This document shows, one piece after another, positions 28,901 to 40,600 of a DNA stretch of 64,000 bases (the first letter of the stretch is position 1; the number at the start of each line of letters is the position of its first letter). This DNA comes from Oikopleura dioica. Its lineage: Eukaryota; Animalia; Chordata. Made by a program: the position numbers and the translations under genes. The notes below the pieces were generated by a model. The model was not told the origin of the DNA and did no database searches. It saw only the letters and a program-made list of their open reading frames with translations. The stretch is from NCBI GenBank assembly GCA_907165135.1, contig OU015569.1, forward strand, positions 8,618,001-8,682,000, written 5' to 3'.

Positions 28901-31900
28901 ATGACAGAGGAATGCCGCTTCTGGAAAGCCGCGACAGATTTTTGATCAGTCCATAATTTTTTTGATTTTTACTTGTCGATGTGATAGACAGTCAAGGCCG
29001 CATAAATAAAAAGCTCAATTTTTACTGATTACCTTTCCACTGTAGTTGCATTTGAGGAACGATTAGACGAGACTGAGCCCGCTGAAGCTTTCTTTTTCAT
29101 AGATTTGATGGCATCGAGCTAAAAAAATTTACTAATTTTCTTGCGATTTTAGTCTTTTTTTAAGCAAAAAGCCTCTCCATATCAGATATACGGTATATCA
29201 TATACGGTATGATTTCTGCCAGATTCCTCTCTGAAAGGAAAACGGCTTAGATACCTCCTGTTGCCGCTTAAGTTGTCCAAGCTCATCACCAAGGCGGATG
29301 ATATCCGCTCCGATGACACCATCCGGGTCTAGGAGTTTCTCGCCAACATCCGACTTTGCCGACATGTAATCTTCCTTTCCATGGAGTTAGCAAGCTGTAC
29401 GAATAGCGAGACACGACTTTTACGTTATCTTTTTCTAACTCTGCCTCTAGTTTTCTTTCATTCCTTCCGATATTTTCTAAGACACCTTCTCTTTCACTGT
29501 CATCGATCTGTCCCATTTTCACCAAGTCCCTGTAGTTATTCATAGACTGGTCTATTCCATCGATCATGTCCGTCAATTCTGTTCTTGCCAGATTCGCCTT
29601 GACTCTGTTCTCTTGATCTGTAGCTGGCTTATCGACTTGAAAAGTACATTCAGTATTTCTGCATCAATTACGCAGGCGACGCACAGTTTTCGGTTGATTA
29701 CAATCTACTCTGTCCGTATAAAAGGCGATGCCGCCCGTCATAGTGCCAGAGAAATGACAACCCTCAGAGAACTTTCGTTCTCCCTGTTTTTTATATTTTT
29801 GATTTTTTCGATAGAAGCTCACGAAAAAAACGACGGAAAGGACGATTTCGATAGAAGACACGCAAGAATGCGGTTTGAAGGTCTCAAGAAGGCTCTCGTG
29901 CCTATCTTTGTTGACAAAATGCGGAGAAATCTGGACTTTTTATACTTCGGCTAAGAAGACATTCTTTACGTCATTTTAAACTCGTCAGTGCTTGTTAATT
30001 TTTGACAATAAAAAAGGCAAATAAATATAATGTGAATTTATAAGCCGTTTCTGAGAAGCTTTCTTCGCCATCCTCACCGTGCGAATCGTAGCTAAGTCGA
30101 TTAGGAGTCGCTTGAATAACAGTGCGCTCGTGATTCTTTCCAAAATTAGGACTGGGGTAGTCGTAGTCATCATCGTCAGCTTGTTGCAAATATGGCTTAT
30201 TTCGTGCGAGCTGTGCATTGCTCGCTCCTTTATACGGTGCTTGAGTTAACTTTGGAGTCGCGAAAGAAGAAGGGAGTAGTTTTGGGCTTGACGCTTTGGG
30301 CAGTTCTTTTACTTTCGCCGACCGCGGGATCGCGCCAGCTATGGCCGCTAAAAATTCATCCTACTAAGGTCTATCTACGAGCTTGAAGTATCAGATTTAT
30401 ACTACAAGGTATACTAAGTAATATAGATTAATGATATTCACTTGTTACTTTAGGATTAGTATCTACCATTCACACTTTTTCAATTACTAGATAAGAAGGC
30501 TTATAAATAATTGAGGCTACCACTTAATGTAAGAGAATAGTTTATTCACCTCCTGGCTGCTGTTGTGGGAAGTTGATGTTCATCGTCGGGTTCAATCTAA
30601 GCGAGTCGATTGTCTGCTTGGCTATTGACAGCTCTTTTGATAAATTTGTGTTATCATCCCTGAATAGACAAACGTCAAGAGAAGTAATTTGACGCTTCAT
30701 ATTTGTGTTATAAAAAAATTAATTACTATTAACAAATTTTTATTTGCTTACTGGAGAATCTTGTAAGCAATATCTTGCTTTTCCTTCTCATTTTTCAGCG
30801 TTTTGATTTTCGTTTTTACATTATCGTTGTCGATATTTGAAATATCAGAAAAATCTGAGACCGACTTCCTCGTTGTTAGCCAAGGCATCGAGGCCCATTT
30901 ATTTTCGCGCTGAAGACATGGATGAGAACAAGTCAGTCAGACTTAAAAGTCAGTATCTATTTTCTATTTGTCATCCATCCCTGGAGAGGAGAGAGAGTCA
31001 CCCCAAGTTGATTGCCGGTGGAGTGTGCAGCATGTGCGTTCGGGCCACTAAACAAATGTATGATAAAGATGTACCGGAAAACTGTCTGGCATGAAATGTC
31101 TGACACGACAAGTGTACCCAGGTTATTTGTCGGGCGCCCGAAAACGAAAGCTCGTTTGAGTCCTTTTCTCTGTTAGGGATAAGAGTTAGAGAACTGGGAG
31201 TACCCTGGGTTAGGGTTAGGGGCGGCCCAACCAATGATCCCTTCCTACCCAACTACAGAACCTTGTAATCGTAGACTCTTTCTTTCTGCTTTCGATGTCT
31301 TCAGAGAAGGTGTAAACTCGGAGACTGGGTACTGCCCATGTAACTGTCATTTTTCATCAAGAGAAGGAAAAAATATTCACTCTTGTTGGCGATTTTAGTG
31401 CTCGAAGTGATTTACCTCTTGGAGAGTTTTGGAGTGCTGCGTGCGCGCGTCAAAGGCTTTTCAGAAGTATCGAGTTCGAAGCTGCGGCCTGAAGGAAGAG
31501 TTGGCCGCGCCAAGGCCACCGAAGGGGCCACGCGATAAGGTTCTGTAATAGAACTGGCTCGTTCTTCTTCAACTACTGATCGAGAGGCCATCGAGCGTGG
31601 AATATTGTAGCGCGAAGAGTTAAAAGACAGGAAGCTTTTTCCATCGTCCGACTCGTCCGCTGTTTGACTTTCTACAACGCTCACCATTTCGTCCATCATT
31701 TTTTCGAAGTCATCTTCATTTTCGGAGGCAGTTTCACCGTCAAAGGAGTCATAAATGCCCCCTTCGTTGAAATGATTCTCTTTTTCGTCTATGTCGTCAT
31801 CGTCTTCTTCTTGAGGCTCGAGAGTTTGATCCGCGTCATCGACTTCGTTTCCAGAATACTCGCTCTCAAAGTATCGGTCGGAAGACATTTGCGGATTATA

Positions 31901-32114
31901 AATTCCACCAGCAACGGATCGATTCTGCAGCAAAGCTACGTCATTGTCTACCTTGTCCAATTCTGCTAAGGCGAGGGCAATGTGCTCCTCGCTGTTCGCG
32001 ATTCTTTCCGCTTCTTCAAAATCAGCCAAACTTTCATCCACTAAATATTTTCTAAGAAAGCAATCCAACAGAAAGAGCGGTGCTCGTGAACGATTCAAAA
32101 TGGTCGGTGATCAT
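25949..32114 (-). CDS. Probable AKNA/AKNAD1-like coiled-coil (centrosomal) protein; many small exons, boundaries uncertain
   Basis: Exons at ~29290-29600 read IDQSMNNYRDLVKMGQIDDSEREGVLENI...LLDPDGVIGADIIRLGDELGQLK, which resembles the AKNA domain (FDPxRxLEGEIFRLG). The C-terminal DLDRRLRKVERASTKVDRGSRELMRS resembles the AKNA C-terminal helix. An acidic 228-aa exon lies at 31412-32098. A single gene is an assumption. Confidence 0.5.
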
Positions 32115-33275
32115 AATAAATGATTCTTTGAAATCATTTATTTTTTGCCCCCTTTTTATAAAAAAATATGATTTCAAGAATTAAACTGGTCTATAAGTGC
32201 TTTACCAGAAGTAGAATCGAAGCTTTGATTTTTCCCGGATGCTAGGAATATTTTTGAATTCAAGAGAAATCAGCAAATATTTAGATCGCTGGATTCTGAA
32301 TAAATACTGGGAAGTTAACTACTCGTACCACTCGCTTTAGAATATGCTTAGAAATATGCGCAAATAGAAAAATCTGCTGCGAGCAAATATGAGCAAACCA
32401 ATTTTACGCTAGTTATGCTGGAATTCTAGTTGAAGCTTTTTCTCACAAAGTGTTTGTTAAGTTTTTTATATATTGAAGCAAGACAAAGAGGTCATTATTT
32501 TACCTCCAGTTCCAAAAGACTCAGTAGACATTCGTGGATCTCTGTAAGCATACTGGTCGATGTGGAGACTCTCTTTTCGGCGGATTCAAATAAATTAGAG
32601 ATTTGTGCAAATGACAGATTACAGGCTCTGATTTTTGACCTTTTTGAGAAATTTCGGCCGGCATATCAATTTACCGCTGGGTATATCTATTGAATATTTT
32701 AAATTAGAGTTGAGCCCTTTTTCTGAAACTTCTGTTTCCGAGAAATCCGACCGGGAACGGTCCATTCTCAACACCGCTTCTTCCCTCTTCTGATGAACTC
32801 TCTAGCGCTCTAGCAAATTGGTTGATGTGATTTTTTAAAATTCCGGAGACTAAAAATCAGCGCTGGTGGGCACGTCGCCCGTTTTCTCCTTGGGCACGCA
32901 GGGCAACGTTAGAACAATGAGTTGAACGGGTGGGTCAACACAATGTGAAATTCGAGCGCGGAGGGAAATATTTGGGCACTTGGAGAAAGTCCCTTTTTCA
33001 GAAGTTAGAATAGCTGGAATTCTTGTTTTTTGAGCTTGTAAATTGAATTGTTTACTGTCTGAAGTAAAGATGTTGCTAGCACCGCTAATTTCGCTGAAAT
33101 CGGACTTGACTTTGACGATCTCGATCAGAACTTTGACTATGTCATCAACAAGTGCAGAGCGACCTATTTTAGATTTTATATGGTAGGACTCAAAAATGAC
33201 TCAATTTGATTGTGATCGCATGCGACTTCCCTGATGCAACTGATTATTAAAAATTGCGCGTTCCATTCTACCAAA

Positions 33276-34149
33276 ATGGGAAAATCAAAAAATAAGATTT
33301 TTGCTGCTTTCAAAGGCCGTGAAATCGGGTTTTTTTATGAATGGGATGATTGCAAAGAAGCTACTTCCGGATTTAAAGGAGTCAAAGGTGTTTTTTTCAA
33401 AGGTTTTAATGAGAAAAAGGAAGCAGAAGATTTTCTTACAGAAAATGCAGAGCAAGTTGCCACAATTAACGATCTACCAAAAGAAAATCAGTATGATAAA
33501 ATTGGAATCGTCGGCAAAGTAAAGCGTACTGTGCGAAAAAACGCACAATTTGATATTGGTATTGTTGACCAAAAACTCCAGCTCAGTGTCGAATTGGAGG
33601 ACTACACTGGTTCCATTGAGGTTTGATCATCTTTTTTTTCCGCTTTTTACGCGATTCTAGGTCCCAGTTGTTGATAAAGCTTTCGAATTCATATTTGACG
33701 AAGAAATATCTGAAGAATGTCTACAAGAAAAGAAACAGCTCAGGAAAACTTTGAGGCCAAAAACACAGATGGCGAAGCGGCGTCTGAAAGCGTTCTTTGG
33801 ATTTATATGTCTTCGAAGAAGAGACTTTGATGGCAACTACGAGCTCTATAAGTTTTGCGCGTTTGAAGAGTTTGACGATAGATTGGAGTCGATCTGTCGC
33901 CAGGAAGAGGAAGAAATAGAAGAAGAAAATATTTGTGGAATCTCAGAAAGAAATCCTACTGACAGCGAGCCTATTGATAATTCTGATGTGATCAAAAGGG
34001 AACGTTCTTTTCTAAAACGTGCATTAGAAGACGATTATTCGCCTCAAGAACTCCCACCTCCACCAAAACTACGTAAACGATCCTTAGAAAACGCACAAAC
34101 TGGTTTTGGCTTATATGAGTGTGAATACCATCGGCCTCCGAGAAAATAG
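33276..34149 (+). CDS. Two-exon protein (~277 aa): RNase H1 N-terminal hybrid-binding (Cauli_VI-like) domain followed by an OB-fold-like segment and an acidic/basic tail
   Basis: KIFAAFKGREIGFFYEWDDCKEATSGF...FKGFNEKKEAEDFL matches the HBD pattern FYAVxxGRxxGxFxxWxxC...FKKFxxxxEAxxF. The 40-nt GT-AG intron 33621-33660 joins in phase 0 to the 33751-34149 frame. Confidence 0.7.
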
Positions 34150-34729
34150 CACAGTTTCAAAGCAGCATTCAACAAATTTCAATATTGTAAGGTAAAATAG
34201 ACCAAGTTTTATATTCATCAAATATAATATCATTTCTAGAAATGCACAATGAAGAAGGAAATATATCCTTACTATATCGGACCCGTCCCATCTGAGTGGA
34301 GCTTTGTATACAATCGAATTGGTCAACACGATGCGGATAATTGCGAAAAGTGTTTGAAAGGTGAAATTTGTGGTACAACTACTAGAACTCGTGGATAAAC
34401 TGCTAACAATGCAATTGAACTGCCTACTTCCAGACCATGCAAATAGATACTGCAATATAACTGATGTTTTCTGTTTCTTAGATGAATTCGATTTCTTAGA
34501 TCTTTCGATTTTAAACTTTGTTTATTTTTTGTTATTGGCAAGAGTGGAATCCGTCGTCTTTTCATTTTCAAAAATCTCGCATTCCTCTCCATAGCAAATG
34601 AATGCTCCCAAAAACTCGTTGTTCTTCAAGTTGCAAAAGTTTCTGGCCATGTCGATCACAATCATTCGAACGCATATCCATTTCGAAATCTGAGGGAAAT
34701 AATCATTCTTGCTTTTTTCAAAATTGAAA

Positions 34730-35775
34730 ATGTCTACAAACGAAGAAGAGGTAGTCGCTGTTGCTCTTCAGGAGAAAATAACAGGTGCAAAAAAGAGAAA
34801 AACGAAGAACTATCAACCTCCAGGTTCAAAATGGTCAAGGGCTTGAATAGCATAAATTTGTATGTTCACTTCAGAATTATAGAATTTTGTTTCAACAAGT
34901 TTTACTCAAAAGTCCTCGACAGATCCCTAGAACTCCCAGAAGCCGTTTTCTATATGACAAAGTCCGCCAGCATTTTCAAACTTCGGACAATTCAGCGCCC
35001 CTTTCTTTCCGTGATTGCGTGTCTAATCCGCCAGGTTAGTTTCTACGAAAAAGGCTCACAGCCTCCGACTCCAAGCCTTCCTTCTTTCCTTCATCCTAGG
35101 CGTCCCTGTCTAGCAGTGAATTGCGGCAGCTCAAACTTTAGGCACTGTAGAGACGAAATTTCTATATTTGGAATTATTAAGCTCGGTGCATCGGTAGAAA
35201 ATATAAAGTAGAGCTGACTTTTCGGAATCATAAATGGTGATTCACGAAGTCGCTGCCCACCAGATTTTATACTTGGTGGCATCAACTTGATCTAATCATC
35301 GTTCACGGAAGTTCCATCCTTGCTTTCAGTGTTCGAAGAATATACGGGAGATATTGGAATGATTGGAGTGGACCCGGAAGAGCTCAAGAAGTATGAACGT
35401 GAACCTGAAGAAAGAGTTTTAAAATCGATGATGCTGAAATAATTCATCTACTGATCTTTGTAAACTTGAATAAGAAGAAAAGCCGAATTCCTCTTTTGGA
35501 TCACAGTCGGAGGGAGAAAATGAAACAGATGAGCTGGTTAGCTCTCCGCCGGAGAATTTGGAATTCACTCCAGAAGGAAATGATTATCGAAAAAATTCTA
35601 TTTATTTATTGTTTAGCTGTGTTGTTGATAATTGTCCGTAGCTGTGTCTCCACAAGACGAAGACGATGTTTTTGAGGATGGTGATAAGGTAGCTGATGGT
35701 GGGATGAACGGCGCAGTTCTTCGACCACGACGACTTCTTCCTTCTTTTCAACGCCTTATCGAAGGTCGGATATGA
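34730..35775 (+). CDS. Probable small orphan spliced coding segments, product unknown
   Basis: Protein-like stretches (MSTNEEEVVAVALQEKITGAKKRK; LLKSPRQIPRTPRSRF; VFEEYTGDIGMIGVDPEELKKYE; SPQDEDDVFEDG) are bounded by candidate splice sites. No recognisable family. Confidence 0.3.
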
Positions 35776-37054
35776 GTCATATCATATGGCCGACATTGTT
35801 CGCGATAAGAATTCAGTCAAATTATCCTTTCTTTAGTGGAAGAAGAGTCAGCCATCGAACAAAATTCCGCGATTTTAGAGGAGCCATCTACCACATACGA
35901 GGTGCTTCAATAATTTCAAATAAACAATAAAAAATACAATAGTCCATCTATGTGCGAATCACGCGAGGAAAGAAAAAAATCAACTAATCGAATATCGACA
36001 TGACAAGAAAGTAATATTCTCAATAAATTGTTCGTAAACAGAAAGTGGTTGTTGATCAAATGTGTTTAAAAAATTCGCGGCAAAAAAAAATATTTGAGGG
36101 CGCACGGGAGTGTATCTCTCCGCCACCCGCTTCGAGACATGCGTGCGCACTTTCAACCCTTGCCTGAAGAGAGTGGGACATGGAGTCGATTTTTGCGCAA
36201 ACATGAAATTGATTTTCTCGTTTTCGCTACTACTGAGTTCTTTGAACTTGAGCAGAGGAACAACTCTTCCGGGGAATAGAGATTTAAAGAAAAAGATCGC
36301 CTTTCTGCCTCTGCTGAGTGAAAGGATAAAAAGATTTCCTCAAAAGTCACTTTGGTTATTAGACGAATTTAAAATAAAATTGCAACATTTTTCATCCTGC
36401 GAGAAGAGAACGGGCTAAACATGGAGCCAACTTCTCAACAATGGGAATGGACGGGCGGCCTGGGAAAATCGTGCAGGACGAGTTCTTGATAAGCTCCTGG
36501 GGCAGCCACGAGATCTCTTTTTTCATCGATTTCAAAAACGACAGCATAAACATGACAAAAGACGACCAGCAAAACGCTTTCCTTACGTAAGTCTGGGGGC
36601 AAAAAGGTTGATTCAATTGTTGTTTTAGCGCCTTCAAAGTTTGGGAAGAGCAAACTTCGCTCAAATTCCGCCAAAGTGCGAAGAAAGACGCTCAGGATCG
36701 AGGCTGAGATATTTTCTTTAAATTCTCCCTGCCCGTCAAAATTTGGGATGATCAAGTATCGGTTGTACTTAGCTTAAATTATCGATTGCTGGCACGCGCC
36801 ATATTGCGTTTAATCCAACTCACAGTGTGAGGCATATTTTCAATGTTCACTTTCCGGAACTCTCTTTGACCGTTCGCCAGTTAGATTTTTTTGGCCGAGT
36901 CAATTAACGGTTCAAAATTTTCATGAACAGTGTTTATTTTTTTCACTCAAGGAAATCAGCAATTTTAATTCGAACGGAATGACATTATAAAGATAGACAG
37001 CAGATCGAAGAACGACCTTTCAGCCTTGTTAAGATCAAAGTAAGCTTTCGCAAG

Positions 37055-37310
37055 TGAAGGGATCCTAGCTTCTGCTGAATCTCCCACTTCTAGCGTAGTT
37101 TGCCTGCTCTCTATATCTGGACGAGTGAAGAAAACGAGTAAAGTATCTTTGACGTCTGTATTTCGAGCTGGAGTAAAATAGAGGTTAATTCACGAACTGC
37201 GTGAATTACCGAATGAAGAGAAATACACGGCGGCGACCGAGCAAAGCTCGATCTAGATAAGCAAGTGACCTTAGGGGACGAGGGAGTCTAACGAATCTAA
37301 GATCCCAATA
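37055..37310 (-). repeat. 3' LTR (256 bp)
   Basis: tgaagggatcc...gatcccaata, identical by eye to 43285-43540. Contains a perfect 9-bp-stem hairpin taattcacg-aactg-cgtgaatta (37186-37208). Confidence 0.95.
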
Positions 37311-37523
37311 CCCCCCATGAGACTGAAACGTCCTCTAAGGCCAAAGTGTGTGATTTTTGCAGGAGTATAAGCGTAAGATGAGTAACATGGCAGGTTCGAA
37401 ACGTCGAGGCAGTCTGATTCGCGTTAAAAAACCCTTTTTTGGGAAAAAGCTTGAATCAGATGCGAAGTTTTCGTGATGTCCGAGCGGTGATGACATGAAG
37501 GAGTAGCTGCACATGTAGAAGAA

Positions 37524-37566
37524 CTCAAAATACGTCGGCGACGGTAAACTGTGATAATTTCCGTAC
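37524..37566 (-). other. Candidate 43-nt GT-AG mini-intron / splice module downstream of pol
   Basis: Minus strand reads ggcctgaaaag|GTacggaaattatcacagtttaccgtcgccgacgtattttgAG|ttc. Confidence 0.55.
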
Positions 37567-37619
37567 CTTTTCAGGCCCCGGTCGATGAATAGGGGACCTG
37601 AGTGGGGCAGTACTTGCGC

Positions 37620-40600
37620 TTAGTCGTATGACTGACCCGAGTTTGTGCCGATGTTTAGAGGTTCGACGGGCCTCGTTTCACGGTGTGCTCGTTTTGTATG
37701 TTTCGGGAGATGAGCTGCTCCAACTTCGGTTAAAGTCGCATTCGGATCGGCGCCGGCTGAGTATTGACGATCTGGTGAAGACTTTGGACGGGTTCTTTTC
37801 TTGCTGTTTTCAGTTGCTGAGCCCTCAACTACTGTTGAATTATGTTTATCGACTGACATATGGCTATTGTCGGGCGCAGCAACCTCCGAAATCACTGTAG
37901 CATCAGCTGACATGTCCTCGGCAGTTTCATAAAGAGTACCACCAGAGTACCAGCGATCTGACGGCTCGGCTGGAGCTACCGACGAGTCCAAAATAGATGT
38001 AGCGGTTGTATCTCCCAGATTTTCCATGTCCAATCGGCGTCTACTTTCCAAAATAGGTGATAGAGATGATCTTGGCGGTTTTTCCATAGCAACCATCGGA
38101 GTCGACGCGACCTGAGAAGATTTCCTCCCCCCATGCGACTTCGACCCGGACTTTTCCATCGGTTTGGAAGTAGGAACAGGCGATTTTTGTGGGACTTTCG
38201 ACTTAACGATTTCGGTTAAATGTGGGAATACGTACTCGGCCTCGTAGTAATCAATCCAGCGTAAGTCGTGATTTCGTTCTGCGGCGTGAACCACGTGTTC
38301 TCGATGGATGAAATCACGTTGTCCTTTTTTATCTTCGACCATGACGACCCAGTCGTTGCTCGAAACGGCTTTCAGGGGACCTACCCAGCGTTCCTTCTTG
38401 CTTTTAGCGTCGGTCAGGTTTTCTCGCTTAATGTACACGACAGCGCCAGCGGGGATTGGTCTCGGCTTAGGCTCGTTTTTCAGCCTGTGCTCCATGGCTC
38501 GGTCAGCAGCTTCCATCGCAGTTTTCACAATGGCTTCCGCCGATTTCGCTAAAGCTCCCACATTGAGACCAAACACCTGAGGTGTTTCCGCTGTCATTTC
38601 TGCGCCAGTAGAGTGGGTGAAAGTACTTTTTCGGCCAAACCAAACTTCTCGCGGTGAAATTTTCGTGCTTTTGTTTTTCACACTATTGAGCGCGCGCATC
38701 ACGTGGGGAACGCAGTCGGCCCAAGTTTTTCGACCGGAAGATGAGTTGACCATGCAGAATAGACTGTTTTTGATAGTCCGATTCGCTCTTTCTGCGAAAG
38801 CGTTTGATTGAGGGTGAAATGCGGTACTTATTGTATGTTTTATCTGGTTAAGCTTACACATTTCGTCAATCACGCTTGCGCAGAAGTGGGTACCTCTGTC
38901 ACTGTGTAGATGTTTCGGCAAGAAATCCATGGGAAGGAAGACCTTGTAGATGAGCGCTTTTGCAGCGCAGATAGCAGTGTCGGACCGCGTCGGAATGCAC
39001 CAAGTGTAGCGAGAGAAAGTGTCCGCCACCACCAAATAATACTTGAATCCGCCAGCGGGAGGCATACAAGCGAAATCGATCTGAATCGATTCGCCAGCTG
39101 TTTTTCCACGACGAAGGGTTCCAAGTGGCGGTTTGGTACGAGTTCCAGCAGATCCTTTTCTGCGTAGGCAAGGGACGCAGCTGTGGACGTAGTTAGAAAC
39201 ATCGTCTTGAAATGAAGGCCACCAAACGTCCTCTAATCGCTCTAAAGTCCGCGGCTCGCCCAGATGACCGGACAAGTCGTGAGCTAGAAAGAGAAAGTGA
39301 CTTTTTACCGCTTCCGGTACCACCGCCCGCGCGCCAGATTTGAATTGACACATCAAGCACCCGGTAGTGTTATCCAGGAACAGAGCTTTTTCCATCTTGA
39401 GTAGAGACGATTGTCGGTGGTCGGAGTCCTTCACCAGCGATTTTATGTCCAGTGGCTCCTTACCAGATTCCAGAAAAGTGATGATTGCACTCAGAGCAGA
39501 GTCCTCCCTTTGATAGTCCAGAATGTTATTATAATTCGCTGACACCAACGGAATCTCCATTGGCGCCGCGATAGCCTTGACGTTTACCTTATGTATCTTC
39601 ACCTCTGATAAAGTGATTTTCTCCGGAAACTGATTTTCGTTCCAGAAAGGGACGAAGACACGTACTGGTGAATTCTTGTCGATTTCGTACTCGCGACCAA
39701 CGGGAAACTCAGAGTCGTATCCAAGTGATTTGTCGTCCTCGCCAGGTCTGCGGCTCATAAAATCGGCGAATTGATTTTCTGATCCCTTGATGTAGACAAT
39801 GTGAAAATCGAATTCTTCCAATCGGCTTTGCCATCGGCTTATTTTAGAATTCTTGAACTTCTTTTTGTGTAGGAAGATCAAAGATCTGTGGTCTGTGTGA
39901 ATCTGAAAGAATCTACCTTTCAGGAGCTTTTCCAGTCGCTCGCAGCACCAGACAATGCTAAACATTTCCTTTTCTGAAGTGTTCCATTTTCTTTCAGCTT
40001 TGTTGAAGGTGTGGGAAATCGCGCTTACTAGGTGCACTCTCCCGCCATACTCTTGTAGCAGAACACCACCCGCTGCGTACAGGCTCGCGTCTGTGTAGAG
40101 GTGAAAAGACTCGTCAAAGTTAGGAAAGCTTATGACAGGAGTCTCGGAGAGTCGTCGTTGAATTTCCTTGAGCGCCAAATCCGCTTCTTTGGTCCACTTG
40201 AAACAATTTGTTTCGTTCGCCGAATTTCGAACATCGTTTATGGGCTTCATTCTGCTCGAGAAGCAACCGGATGAAATAGCTTCGCCCATTTTCGTTTCTA
40301 GAAAACCTCGGATCCAATTCAATGACCCGATTAATGAAGCTAACTCCTTTTGGGAGCGTGGGGGTTTCATCTGACGAAGAGCGGAGACTTGCGCAGGGTC
40401 CGGTTTGATTCCATCTTCGTTGATGATTCGGCCCAAAAAGTGAGCTTCGGATTGTAGGAAAGAGCACTTTTCGCCCTTGAGTTTAGCGTTAAACTTGCGG
40501 AGCGCGATGAATAGGTTTCGGAGAGTGTTGTAATAGCAGCTGAAAGTCTTCCCAAAACACACTATGTCATCGATATAAGAAAGCATCTTTTTCCTGGTGG

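Noticed and set aside
29754-29954. Plus-strand ORF resembling a neuropeptide precursor (hydrophobic N-terminus, RR/KK sites, C-terminal NLDFLYFG)
   Set aside because: It lies antisense to a probable exon and intron of the minus-strand gene. The signal-like LFFIFLIFS is simply the complement of an A-rich intron end. Not excluded without peptidomics, but chance is more likely.
34543-35211. 223-codon stop-free frame
   Set aside because: No ATG until late, composition is unconvincing, and other frames read more like spliced exons. Likely chance.
37311-37880. env gene or chromodomain in the retrotransposon
   Set aside because: Only ~310 nt lie between pol and the LTR. The post-integrase tail is low-complexity S/T/P/K-rich with no aromatic-cage motif or TM segment.
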